Assembly (NCBI GenBank): GCA_043811535.1
Contig: JBDRNC010000004.1
Location: 64,001 to 128,000 of the forward strand
Source: Elusimicrobiota bacterium
GTDB taxonomy: Bacteria > Elusimicrobiota > Endomicrobiia > Endomicrobiales > JBDRNC01
DNA length: 64,000 bases
Direction of reading: 5' to 3'
The notes beneath the pieces are model-generated. The model had not been told where the DNA came from. It was given only the letters and a program-made list of their open reading frames with translations, and ran no database searches. Shown here piece by piece: positions 47,605-56,964 of the stretch (position 1 is the first letter of the stretch; each line of letters opens with the position of its first letter). The translations under genes and the position numbers were made by a program.

Positions 47605-48504
47605 TCACCATTCTCTTCCCTTTTTCTTGCCCATCTGCCACTGGATAAGCGTAAAACCGAACATCATCGCGAAAAGAATCCACGCGATAGCCGAAGCGTA
47701 TCCCATCTGGAACCATTCAAACGCATTGTTGTATATATAATAGACTATCGTTTTCGTTGAATCCGCGGGTCCGCCTCCGGTCATTACGTACTGCACGCCG
47801 AATGACTGGAACGTCCCTATGACTCCCATTATCACTATAAAAAAGTTAACGAACGAAAGCATCGGCCACGTGACTGCCCAGAACTGCTGCCATTTATTCG
47901 CGCCGTCTATCGAGGCAGCTTCATAAAGATCCTGCGGTATGCTTTGAAGCGCGGCCAGATACAGCAGCATGTTGTACCCGACGCTCTGCCATGTTCCCAT
48001 TATGACCAGCGCGGGCTTCGACCACACCGTAGAATTCAGCCACGCGGGAGGATTGGCCATGAAATGCGAAAGAAAACTGTTAAGCAGGCCGAAATCAGAG
48101 TTATATATCCATTTCCATATCATGGCCACGGCTACCATCGAAGAAACAACCGGCAAAAAGTATATTGTGCGAAAAATAGTAATGCCTTTCAGCTTTCTGT
48201 TGACAAGTATGGCAAGCGCGAGCGAGCACACTATATTCAGAGGAATGCCCAGCATGAAATAAAAGGTATTATAAAGGCTTTTCCAGAAGGTGTTGTCGCT
48301 CATCAGCATTATGAAGTTTTTTAATCCGACGAACTTCGGCGGGGTGAGTATGTCCCAGGAAACAAACGCGAGACACAGCGAAGCGACTACAGGCAGCATC
48401 GTAAAGGCCATGAACCCTATAATATTGGCGCTAAGAAACCCGTATCCGGCGAATATCTTATCCCATTTTTTAATTCTTTTTTGTTTTGCCTTGACCGCAT
48501 CCAT
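47605..48504 (-). CDS. Carbohydrate ABC permease (MalF-like)
   Basis: FVGLKNF, FRTIYFLP, LAALQSIP..LYEAASIDGA, GGP, MGYASA; start MDAVK at 48504. Confidence 0.93.
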   Translation of the reverse strand: MDAVKAKQKRIKKWDKIFAGYGFLSANIIGFMAFTMLPVVASLCLAFVSWDILTPPKFVGLKNFIMLMSDNTFWKSLYNTFYFMLGIPLNIVCSLALAILVNRKLKGITIFRTIYFLPVVSSMVAVAMIWKWIYNSDFGLLNSFLSHFMANPPAWLNSTVWSKPALVIMGTWQSVGYNMLLYLAALQSIPQDLYEAASIDGANKWQQFWAVTWPMLSFVNFFIVIMGVIGTFQSFGVQYVMTGGGPADSTKTIVYYIYNNAFEWFQMGYASAIAWILFAMMFGFTLIQWQMGKKKGREW

Positions 48505-48562
48505 GTTTTTTCCCTTAATACCTATTAATGTTCCATGTCTTCCGTCTTCCGTCTTCCGTCTT

Positions 48563-51500
48563 TTACGGCTTCGATACAAGCGTGAATCTGAATTTCTGGC
48601 CGAACTGCGCGCGTTCCTTGGACGTCATGGTAAGTTCAACCAGGCGTTTTCCCGGCACTATCCCTGCAAGATTGAATGCGGGAATCTCGGCATCTTCAAG
48701 ATATTTGGCATTACGCGGGATGGGCTTCTCCAGTTTGACCGCTGAATTCTTCGTTGAAGACAGGAAAACCCTGCCTTTGCCGGGAGCCGAGACCCATTCT
48801 GCCTCTGAAATGTTCCCGACTGAGCATCTCAGCCAGACCGACTGCGACTTGTTGACAGGTATTTCTTCGCCGTCTTTTATCTCCGACCAGCTCTTGCCGT
48901 CCATGCTTATCTCGACTTTATTGAATTCGGCGTTCAGGTACTTCAACGGGCCGATACCGCTGTATGGCGTGCCGCATATGGTCACCAGCGGGGTATTCTC
49001 GGAAGTCGTTCCGGTCCCGTCCGTTACTATTCCGGGATATTTACCGCTGTTGATTAATTCCATGTATTCATCCTTGGCCCTGTTGAAAACATCAAAATAC
49101 CCCAGAGAAGAACGGTACCTGTCTATTTTGATAAAATTCCGCGGCGTCATGTTTCCCGGCTCATTCCTGAAAAGCGCAATGCCTTTCCTGAGGGAATCCG
49201 CGGCAGGACGCGGAGTCCTGTCAGGGTCAAAGATGCCGTAATCGCTCTTTTCGCCAAGCCGGAAACCGCCGGGGAACCACCATGCCGCGAACCCCTGGCT
49301 GCCGGCCTTCCATGCCATATTTATGAAATTATCATACAGCTCGGCCTGTTTGACTATCAATTCCCTGCTCGCGGCGCTATGAATAGGATCCCAGACCGAT
49401 ATGCCGAATTCCGCCCAGAACACAGGTTTGTTATTGCTGACAAATTTCGCGTATATCACGTTAAATCCGGCCTTCCGGGTCTCTTCCGCCTTTGGAAGCG
49501 AATACCATTCGGGAGAAATAAAGTCAAGATGCTTGGCCGAGGCAAAGAGGTCAAACGCGAACCATTCCGGCGGGGCCGCTCCGTTCCCGCCGTATCCGGT
49601 CCTTGCCCCGAGCAGGTGGTTTGGATCCAGCTCTCTCAAATCCCTGCATCCTTCGTTGTATCTCCGCGAGGCCAAGTCGTCTATGAATCTGCGGTAGGCG
49701 ATAACCATCTTGCTCCATTCGCCTTCCTTGACAAGCTGGCCGTCAACGGGAGCGCTCCAGTCCCCGTCCGCGTTTATCGAAGTGGGAGTGTATTTCCATT
49801 CTTTCGCCGCGTTTTCCCTGCTCCCGTACTGTTCCACTATCCACTTGTTCCATTCCTTATCGTATTCCCGCCTTCTTTCAATGCTGTTTAAATTCGGTTC
49901 CCATGCTATGTCATACGAGAAAACAGCGGGATTATCCGCGAGGCGCGCCAAACTTATCAGGTCGGAGAAATAATTCTTGTTGTAATCGCCGTTGAACGGG
50001 TCCGCATGCGCAAGGAAGATGTCGGCCTTTATGCCGTGGTTTTCCAGCCGGCGAAGGAAATCAACCACGCACGGCGCCTGCTCCCTGGCGAGGTATTGTA
50101 TGTATACCGTGTTCGCGCCCGTCTTTTCCAGAACGCGAAGGTCCTTCTCCACCTCCACGGGATCGTAGAACTTCGGATTCAGCCAGTGCGTATAATAATC
50201 ATCCAGCTCCAGGCCGGATGAATATGACGGCCAATAATTCACGCCGATCGGAATCCACACCTTTGAACCGAGGAAGAACTTGCCGCCCTTGACGGTAATT
50301 TTCTGCTTCTGGCTTATCGGCTGGAAATCATCTACGACATTCACTTCTTGTTCCACCGCATCTATTATCTTGCCGTCCTCTATCAATTCCGTCCTTACCG
50401 TGTATACCGCGGATTTGCCCTCCGGTTTCCATGATTCGGAGTAAACAAACTCTTCCTTGGGAGCAAGAACCACGTCTTTCATTATCGAATAAACCGCCTC
50501 ACTTCCTTTTCTTGCGGTTATCTTGACGACGGCGGAGACATCCCTTTTGACCGGGTTCACTATTTTGGCCCCGAGTACCGCCGATTCACCCGTGAAATAC
50601 GTATATTTATCGCTCCCCGCGACAAGTATCGCGGGCGAGGACACCATGTTAACTGCCAGATCCTTGATGAATCTTATTGTTTCCGGCATTTTGTAAAAAT
50701 CCGCGTCGTTTATCGCGACATACGCCCATTCCGCCCCTCTCAATTTGCCCCAGTCTATCGTCATGGAAATGACGGGGCCCTTTTCCGTGTCTCCCTGCCC
50801 CTGCCCTTCGCAAAGAGATATCCATCTTGATTTTCTTGCCGCGACGAATCCTTCGCCTGTAGGCCTCGCTATCGGGACAAAACATTGCAGGGGATTCCGG
50901 ATCTTCCACGAATAACCGCTGAAAATACTTTGCCTTGCGCCGGGTTTAACTCCCGTTACGCCCGAGACACTGTATAGTTTGTATTGCGGACTCAATCCTT
51001 CGTATAGCGCGGGAACGGACGCCTGTTTTGAAACATCCGCGTATTCGCCCATCGGCAGAGCGGTCACTTCATCCACGGCGAACGTGTGGCTCCCCGGGCC
51101 GATGGGAGTAAAATCGTTTGAAAAGCCGAAGCTCAGTTTCTTCAGATTCGTCAGATTAAGTTTGTCTCCGCTGAATCCTCTTCCTTTGGCAGCCGAATCG
51201 GGCCAATACATGAAATCACTCGGGGTAAGGACGCGGTACTGCCATTCCGGCGATACCATCGTCATCGTTATCCATCTGGAACCGTCCTCTTCCCTGCACT
51301 CTACTTCAAGATACCTGGTTTTGTCGTCTCCTTTGGCCTGAAAACATATCGCCATGTTGGAATCTTCGAATGCGCCCGGATTGACGTTTGCAGTGAATTG
51401 ATCCCATCCCGTCATGCTGGCGACTTTGACCTGCAGGCATCCTTTCGATTTTCCGGTTCCAGGACTGACAATCTTAACTTCCGCAGGCGAACCCGGATTG

Positions 51501-51994
51501 TTAGTCTCCCTCACCCAATCCGAACCCTGCGACTCTTCGTCAAAGCCAAATATCGTCTTGTTGTCTTTCCGCTTGCTCAACTGCCCTATAAAGGACTCCA
51601 TGTCGACCCATTTGCCCTTCTCTCTCCAGCAAAGATCCGAAAAAGGAGGCCCTCCCAGCAGTATCATCTTCCCGCCGTATCGCATATAGTCCCATAGATT
51701 CTTCTTTATCGCTATCGGATTGAGCGCCCCGTTCGGGAATACGATCAAATCATATTTATCCGCGTTGAATTGCTCGGGATCGGCGATCTGCGCCGTGGTT
51801 ACAAACTCAGTCTTTGCGCCGGTTTTTGATATTTCATCGGCAATCGCTTCAGACGTATTTTTGCTCAGGCGGGGCATGTTGTCTTTATGTATGGCTATTA
51901 CCAGCTTCATGTTCGCAAGGCCGCAAAAGGAATTCATGGGAACGGAAGCGGCTGATATTAAGATAAGAAGCAAAACGGCCAATGTTTTTTTCAT
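48563..51994 (-). CDS. Secreted clan GH-A glycoside hydrolase (GH5/GH42-like) with an inserted CBM11-like domain
   Basis: Signal peptide from 51994; GVNYWP; VEKDL..L...GAN; VFSYDIAWEP; DPNHL; LDFIS; KPVFWAEFG. Confidence 0.75.
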   Translation of the reverse strand: MKKTLAVLLLILISAASVPMNSFCGLANMKLVIAIHKDNMPRLSKNTSEAIADEISKTGAKTEFVTTAQIADPEQFNADKYDLIVFPNGALNPIAIKKNLWDYMRYGGKMILLGGPPFSDLCWREKGKWVDMESFIGQLSKRKDNKTIFGFDEESQGSDWVRETNNPGSPAEVKIVSPGTGKSKGCLQVKVASMTGWDQFTANVNPGAFEDSNMAICFQAKGDDKTRYLEVECREEDGSRWITMTMVSPEWQYRVLTPSDFMYWPDSAAKGRGFSGDKLNLTNLKKLSFGFSNDFTPIGPGSHTFAVDEVTALPMGEYADVSKQASVPALYEGLSPQYKLYSVSGVTGVKPGARQSIFSGYSWKIRNPLQCFVPIARPTGEGFVAARKSRWISLCEGQGQGDTEKGPVISMTIDWGKLRGAEWAYVAINDADFYKMPETIRFIKDLAVNMVSSPAILVAGSDKYTYFTGESAVLGAKIVNPVKRDVSAVVKITARKGSEAVYSIMKDVVLAPKEEFVYSESWKPEGKSAVYTVRTELIEDGKIIDAVEQEVNVVDDFQPISQKQKITVKGGKFFLGSKVWIPIGVNYWPSYSSGLELDDYYTHWLNPKFYDPVEVEKDLRVLEKTGANTVYIQYLAREQAPCVVDFLRRLENHGIKADIFLAHADPFNGDYNKNYFSDLISLARLADNPAVFSYDIAWEPNLNSIERRREYDKEWNKWIVEQYGSRENAAKEWKYTPTSINADGDWSAPVDGQLVKEGEWSKMVIAYRRFIDDLASRRYNEGCRDLRELDPNHLLGARTGYGGNGAAPPEWFAFDLFASAKHLDFISPEWYSLPKAEETRKAGFNVIYAKFVSNNKPVFWAEFGISVWDPIHSAASRELIVKQAELYDNFINMAWKAGSQGFAAWWFPGGFRLGEKSDYGIFDPDRTPRPAADSLRKGIALFRNEPGNMTPRNFIKIDRYRSSLGYFDVFNRAKDEYMELINSGKYPGIVTDGTGTTSENTPLVTICGTPYSGIGPLKYLNAEFNKVEISMDGKSWSEIKDGEEIPVNKSQSVWLRCSVGNISEAEWVSAPGKGRVFLSSTKNSAVKLEKPIPRNAKYLEDAEIPAFNLAGIVPGKRLVELTMTSKERAQFGQKFRFTLVSKP

Positions 51995-52016
51995 TAATGT
52001 CCCTTTCATAAAATAG

Positions 52017-52376
52017 TTATTTGCCGGAACGGCCGTAATCATCCTGAAGACGCACCACATCCCACAACTCGGGAGTCGACACTTCTATTATCTTGACATC
52101 GCAGTATTTCGCGTGCATTCTGTGGATCGTACGGGGTTTAACGACGAAAACATCCCCCTGCTTCATTACTTTCTTCTCTGCGCCTTTTGCCCCGAGTTCC
52201 AGGACATATCTGCCCTGGTCCGTATAAAGCGTTTCATGTTTCACTTTGTGGTACTGCCTGCTGAGGCGCTTTCCCTTTTTAATAATAAGTATCTTCCCCA
52301 CGTATTTTTTGGCGCGCGCGAACCATATCTCTTTTCCCCACGGTTTCGGCACTACTTTTAATTTAGATGCGTTCAT
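52017..52376 (-). CDS. Cupin, mannose-6-phosphate isomerase type II-like
   Basis: VPKPWGKE, LSRQYHKVKHET, IHR, IEVSTPEL.DVVRLQDDYGR. Confidence 0.82.
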   Translation of the reverse strand: MNASKLKVVPKPWGKEIWFARAKKYVGKILIIKKGKRLSRQYHKVKHETLYTDQGRYVLELGAKGAEKKVMKQGDVFVVKPRTIHRMHAKYCDVKIIEVSTPELWDVVRLQDDYGRSGK

Positions 52377-52438
52377 TACGAGTTATCTCCCGAAGAATTT
52401 ACCGTCAATTAAATTATAATAGAACGCTGGCACGCCTG

Positions 52439-52466
52439 TGCGAAGTAATTGTGAATATCTTGCGAA
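52439..52466 (-). promoter_or_regulatory. Triple direct-repeat operator (cupin-GH-ABC operon)
   Basis: TGCGAA-N5-TGTGAA-N5-TGCGAA; TATAAT at 52413-52418. Confidence 0.88.
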
Positions 52467-52639
52467 ATTAATTAACTACGGTTCCAAGTTCCAGGCTACA
52501 TGTTCGCCCCCCCCTAAAGAGGGTTTCGGACTTTCAGTCCATTAAGAAAACCTAAAGGTGCTAAATCCCTAAAGGGTGTCTCGGACCTTGCACCCAAGGT
52601 ACTCAACCCCATAAAGAGGGGTCTCAGACTAGACTTCGT

Positions 52640-53326
52640 CTAGTCTTCGATAAACGCAAAACCATATCCGTATACTGTCTGGATTTTTTTCCCGAAAAGC
52701 CCAAGTTTCTTCCTGAGCATTTCAATGTGTTTCTCAACGGTGCGAGTGTTAACAGCGGACGTGTATCCCCAAATCTGTTCCAACAGGAACTGTTTATCGT
52801 AAACCCACCCTTTTTTTCTCAGGAACGCGCACAAAAGCTCAAACTCTTTCGGCGAAAGTTTTATTGTCTTTCTTTTTATCTTCGCGGCGTGCCGCGTGAC
52901 ATTCACGAGCAAGTCACCGGACTTGAGTATCTCCTCCCCGCCGCTCACGCGCTGGTAAGTCCTCCTAAGCACCGATTTTATCCTTTCCGCCAGCTCATCG
53001 CCGTTAAACGGTTTTGAGATGTAATCGTCAGCGCCGGTTCTCAGCCCCGCGATCTTTTCTTCCGTTTTGTCTTTGGCTGTCAGCATGATAACCGGGACAT
53101 TGGCGGTATTTTTCCCTTGCCTGAATACCCTGCACAGCGTGTATCCGTCAAAATCGGGAAGCATCACGTCAAGCAGTATAAGGTCCGGTTTAAAATCTCT
53201 GGCCATTGCTATGCCTTCGTCCCCGGAGTTGGCGGTAGCCACCTCAAAACCCCTGTCTCCCAGTATCTCTTTTACTACAGCGGCAAGCGTAATATCATCG
53301 TCAATAACAAGAATTTTCTGCTTCAT
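52640..53326 (-). CDS. OmpR/PhoB-family DNA-binding response regulator
   Basis: PDLILLDVMLP..DG, MLTAK, GADDYISKPF, LSPKEFELL, TRTVEKHI..LRKKL, TVYGYG. Confidence 0.95.
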   Translation of the reverse strand: MKQKILVIDDDITLAAVVKEILGDRGFEVATANSGDEGIAMARDFKPDLILLDVMLPDFDGYTLCRVFRQGKNTANVPVIMLTAKDKTEEKIAGLRTGADDYISKPFNGDELAERIKSVLRRTYQRVSGGEEILKSGDLLVNVTRHAAKIKRKTIKLSPKEFELLCAFLRKKGWVYDKQFLLEQIWGYTSAVNTRTVEKHIEMLRKKLGLFGKKIQTVYGYGFAFIED

Positions 53327-53371
53327 CCCGCTAAACCTCTCTGGTCTTAGATAAGGAAATGGACGTAAAAT

Positions 53372-53400
53372 AAAAAAACCCTTCGCTGTTGCGCAAGGGT
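53372..53400 (-). terminator. Terminator in the response-regulator leader
   Basis: Minus strand ACCCTTGCGC-AACA-GCGAAGGGT followed by a T-run. Confidence 0.65.
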
Positions 53401-53549
53401 CCTATAAGTCCATCTGCCTAAAATCACGGATTTTTGTATGTATTCTATACATTGATTCCGCCTTAAATAGGGCTTCGACGTCTGTTTTTCTTATTTTCGG
53501 TAATCTTCCCGCTTTCCCGCAGGAATCCGTACTAACAAATTTGTATTTA

Positions 53550-53578
53550 ATTATAAAAGATTTTTTGTGTTTTGTAAA
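53550..53578 (-). promoter_or_regulatory. Sigma70 promoter of the response regulator
   Basis: TTTACA-17 bp-TATAAT. Confidence 0.75.
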
Positions 53579-53621
53579 GGATTTTCAAGAGATTGTTTTT
53601 AAGCAATAATCATTGATTATT

Positions 53622-53652
53622 AAATAAAAATCCCTGCCAAGCTGGCAGAGAG
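53622..53652 (-). terminator. Terminator after the 154-aa gene
   Basis: Minus strand TCTCTGCCA-GCT-TGGCAGGGA followed by TTTTTATTT. Confidence 0.55.
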
Positions 53653-53729
53653 TCTTTCAAACCTGTCATTTCCTGTGTTCAATGCGTATTTACCGCAGCA
53701 ATAACACTGTTATCCGCCTGGAATTGAGC

Positions 53730-54194
53730 TTATTTTGCTATAGTTATTCTAAATATGCTTTCAATTCCTGTCGCTACTTTTACGCCGCTGCCTTTAACAG
53801 GAGCTGTTTTTGACCAAATATGGAACTGATACTTTTTGCCGATATACTTCTTTTCGCGGGGTATCGATATTATCACGTCTATCAACCCTACCTGCCCCGG
53901 CGACAGTTTTAATTTATCCACATCGGTCTTGATCCACCGCGCGCTGGGAAGGCTTTTATATCCTTTTCTTAAAAGCGATTTTTCCGGAAGAACGGGCTCT
54001 ATAGTCAGTTCCAGTTCCCGATCGCTGTTATTGCTAATTTTAAATAAATCTTTTCCCAGATCCTTAACGTGATATGTCCTGCCTATCCTGAGATTTTCCA
54101 GAAACAATTCGCCCGTCGCCGACAAATGCCCCGCAGCAAAAATCAAACCGAAACTAACCGCCAAAATGCACAGTCCGATTGCAATACGTTTCAT
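53730..54194 (-). CDS. Exported Ig-like protein (DUF916/pilus-chaperone-like pattern)
   Basis: Signal peptide; ISNNSD..LEL.I.P..P....L..GY..LP...WI......L.PG.....V.I.IP....GKKYQF; homologous to the N-terminus of 54259. Confidence 0.65.
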   Translation of the reverse strand: MKRIAIGLCILAVSFGLIFAAGHLSATGELFLENLRIGRTYHVKDLGKDLFKISNNSDRELELTIEPVLPEKSLLRKGYKSLPSARWIKTDVDKLKLSPGQVGLIDVIISIPREKKYIGKKYQFHIWSKTAPVKGSGVKVATGIESIFRITIAK

Positions 54195-54258
54195 ATATCT
54201 CCTTGCCTGACTTAACGTTTCACGTTTAACAGTTTAACGTTAAACGGTTAAACCGTTG

Positions 54259-55488
54259 TTATTTAGCCACTACCACCACTCCCGTGATGGTCTTCTGCGT
54301 TCCGTTAATATCTACTGTATATTTATATATGTACGCGCCGCTTTCGACGAAATTGCCGTCTTCATCCGTTCCGTTCCAGATATTCCTGTTCTCCAGCCTT
54401 ACGACCTTCATACCGCTGATGTCAAATATATCAATTTGATAGATGCCCTGCAAGCCCGGAAAAGAAATGAAATCGTTAATACCGTCGAGATTTACCGGCG
54501 TTATTATTTTCTGCAAAGGAGTATAGTTCGTCGGCGCCGTCTGGCCCGCGTTGAAAACACCGTATATTGAAAAGTGATTGAGTTCGGCGCTAACGCATTT
54601 CGCGACCTTGTCGACTTTGCCGCCGACCGGGTCCCATCTTAAACCGTTCCAATAGAATATTTTGAGATCCTCTGCCTTAACCTCAAGGCCGTCAACTATA
54701 CCGTCGTCGTCAAAATCAGCATAATACATCCTTACTTTGACCGGCTTGTTGAATGTTATTCCATCCGGGCTGAATTTGAAGACTATCACCGCCTGGCTTG
54801 TCTCATCCAGTCCGTTCTTCTTGGGTATATCATCGCCTGTAAGTTCCTTGACCTTAATCTTTACATTTTTATCCAGCGCTCCTGCGGGAATATCGAGATC
54901 AAATACGTCCTTGTCCTCAATTTTACCGCCGCCCGCGCCTATATCCTGCTCTACCTCAGTGACCGCCATCTTATCAAGCGTTGAGAACAGCATAATACTT
55001 TCTACGCCGGGATATACCCCGACTCCGCTTGTTACCGTATTCGGGATGTAGGAATTACTCTGAGCATCATTCTGGGCATGCATAGGATCGCCGTAAATCT
55101 GGGTTACTGAAAAATTTATGTGGAACTGGAATTTCCTTGAAAGCAGTTTATGATTGCGCGGTATATGCAGATATACGTCAACGGTCTTGATCTCGCCCGG
55201 CATTAAGAACAGGCTATCCTTTGATATGGATACCTTGCCCGATAAAGGCAGCGGTTCAAATCCTTCTATTAAAAGCGTCTCGTCGGGCTGAACCTTGGTT
55301 ATCTTTACAGAAACAGGCCCGTTCCCTTTGTTTTTTATAAATATTGAACGCCTGACAGGACGCGCAACACATTCTTTCCCGACAGTGACGCCTTCTATCT
55401 CCACTACCGGAGACGCCGATATCCGCGCGGAATACGCGGCGGAGGGCAGAAGCATTAGGATGAAAAGAAGAATTTTTTTATTCATCAA
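54259..55488 (-). CDS. Exported chaperone-like Ig domain + ZU5-like domain + T9SS-like CTD
   Basis: LDIPAGAL, F.PDGITFNKPV, NHFSIY, ITPVNLDGIND, WNGTDEDG.FVESGAYIY, VVVAK. Confidence 0.8.
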   Translation of the reverse strand: MMNKKILLFILMLLPSAAYSARISASPVVEIEGVTVGKECVARPVRRSIFIKNKGNGPVSVKITKVQPDETLLIEGFEPLPLSGKVSISKDSLFLMPGEIKTVDVYLHIPRNHKLLSRKFQFHINFSVTQIYGDPMHAQNDAQSNSYIPNTVTSGVGVYPGVESIMLFSTLDKMAVTEVEQDIGAGGGKIEDKDVFDLDIPAGALDKNVKIKVKELTGDDIPKKNGLDETSQAVIVFKFSPDGITFNKPVKVRMYYADFDDDGIVDGLEVKAEDLKIFYWNGLRWDPVGGKVDKVAKCVSAELNHFSIYGVFNAGQTAPTNYTPLQKIITPVNLDGINDFISFPGLQGIYQIDIFDISGMKVVRLENRNIWNGTDEDGNFVESGAYIYKYTVDINGTQKTITGVVVVAK

Positions 55489-56462
55489 AATTTCACGAGG
55501 AACGAACCTCTATGATGTCCCGAAGACCCTGTAAGATAAATTGGGAAATTCGCGGCGTAATCGAATCTGAACGCCAGGTCCTTCGCTACGCCGAACTTGA
55601 AACTGACGCCCGCGGAAGCTTCTCTTGTCCCGGCCCCCGCGCGCAATCCTATCGTCTTATTGAATACCCAGCACTCAACCCCTAAACTCGCGGATAATTT
55701 GTTCTCGGTTCTTCCCCACTCCTGAAAACGGTAATTGACGTCCGCCGCCCACAGCACGTCATTTAACTTTAAAATCTTGAATAAATTGACTTTGGTGCTT
55801 TTCAATGCCACGCCGCCCTGAATTTCCATCGGCACTATGTCCTTTGACTGCAATCCGACGTCGGGCTGCGTTATGTTCTTTACCGTCAAGCCGACGGTGA
55901 AATCCGGCGCCTTGGACGGCATGGGATAGCCAAGGGCGCCTATATCCGCGGTTATGTTCCATTTACGGGTGCCGTCCTTGAAAACCGGGTCGTTTTCAGT
56001 GAGGGGGTCCGTGGTGTAGCCGTGCGACAGGAATTTGATGTTTGTTCCTAGGAACAGCTTGGGTAGGCTTGGATAGTATCTGGTTATGTCAATCGCGTGA
56101 GTATAAGCTATCGTGCTTTCGTTGTAGATATCCCTTGTGTCAAAATAGGCCCATGTCACCCCCATGTTGCCGTACTTGCCCAATGAATGAACGACAGATG
56201 CGTACTGCAGGGCAAGGTCCACGTTTTCCATGCCGTTAAACAGCTTAGTGTACATGAAATCCGCTTCGCCCCGCTCAATCTGAATGATTCCGGCCGGGTT
56301 TATCAGCGAGCTGCTGGCGTCGTCTGAAACAGCAACAAAGGCGTTGCCCATTCCGGAAGATCTTACGCTCCAGTTCACGTCCTTGAAAGCGCAAAAACCC
56401 GTCTGGGCTGATAAGCAAAACGCTAATAATGCTGCGACTATTCTTTTCATTTTTTCCGTCAA
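55485..56462 (-). CDS. PorV/PorQ-like outer-membrane beta-barrel
   Basis: SVRSSGMGNAFVAVSDD...NPAG; KNITQPD; FDYA; C-terminal VKF. Confidence 0.82.
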   Translation of the reverse strand: MTEKMKRIVAALLAFCLSAQTGFCAFKDVNWSVRSSGMGNAFVAVSDDASSSLINPAGIIQIERGEADFMYTKLFNGMENVDLALQYASVVHSLGKYGNMGVTWAYFDTRDIYNESTIAYTHAIDITRYYPSLPKLFLGTNIKFLSHGYTTDPLTENDPVFKDGTRKWNITADIGALGYPMPSKAPDFTVGLTVKNITQPDVGLQSKDIVPMEIQGGVALKSTKVNLFKILKLNDVLWAADVNYRFQEWGRTENKLSASLGVECWVFNKTIGLRAGAGTREASAGVSFKFGVAKDLAFRFDYAANFPIYLTGSSGHHRGSFLVKF

Positions 56463-56474
56463 TCTATCTGTCTT

Positions 56475-56936
56475 TTACGGAGCCGCTACAGCCGTAACTG
56501 TAACTGTGATCGTGTGCGGTGTTTCCGAAGAAACTGACGTGGGGGCCTTGAACTGGAGCCAAAGGCTTCTGTCGGCTCCTGCAGGGACACCGGCTCCCGT
56601 CTGGTCGCCCGCGAATACCGTGTCCGTGCACGTTGCAGAGGCCGTCGTCAGGTTGTGGTTCGCCTCGCTCCATGTTATCGCGCCTGCCGAGGATGCGAAC
56701 GCGCCGTTGAGAACATACTGATTAGCGCCGGGCGTCGCGGAAGCCGTCCAGTCCGCCGGGCTCGTAAGCAGCAGTCTGAATGTCGCGTTTCCGGATCCGG
56801 CGTTTGTGCCGTAAGCAAGCCAATTTACAATACCGGATGACGAGAAATCAGCAGACCAGATGACAACTGCCTGGGCGCGAGAACCGATGCCCATGGCTGC
56901 TGTCATCAATGCCGCTAAACATATTACCTCTCTCAT
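56475..56936 (-). CDS. Exported small paralog of 57028 with an internal deletion
   Basis: Signal + VIWSADFS..W..YG joined directly to TN.G.GNATF...GDQTG...RSLWLQFKAPT. Confidence 0.78.
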   Translation of the reverse strand: MREVICLAALMTAAMGIGSRAQAVVIWSADFSSSGIVNWLAYGTNAGSGNATFRLLLTSPADWTASATPGANQYVLNGAFASSAGAITWSEANHNLTTASATCTDTVFAGDQTGAGVPAGADRSLWLQFKAPTSVSSETPHTITVTVTAVAAP

Positions 56937-56964
56937 CTTTTTCCCCTAAAACAGAACTTGGTGA

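Noticed and set aside
48505..48579. Long N-terminal extensions in the ORF track (also 13368-13400, 28666-28704, 51995-52060, 63870-63953)
   Set aside because: They run through repeats or neighbouring genes; downstream ATGs have an RBS, a signal peptide or better fit to the family
12366..56462. A complete type IX secretion system
   Set aside because: Only barrels and CTD cargos are present; no SprA, PorK/L/M/N or PorU is recognisable in the window
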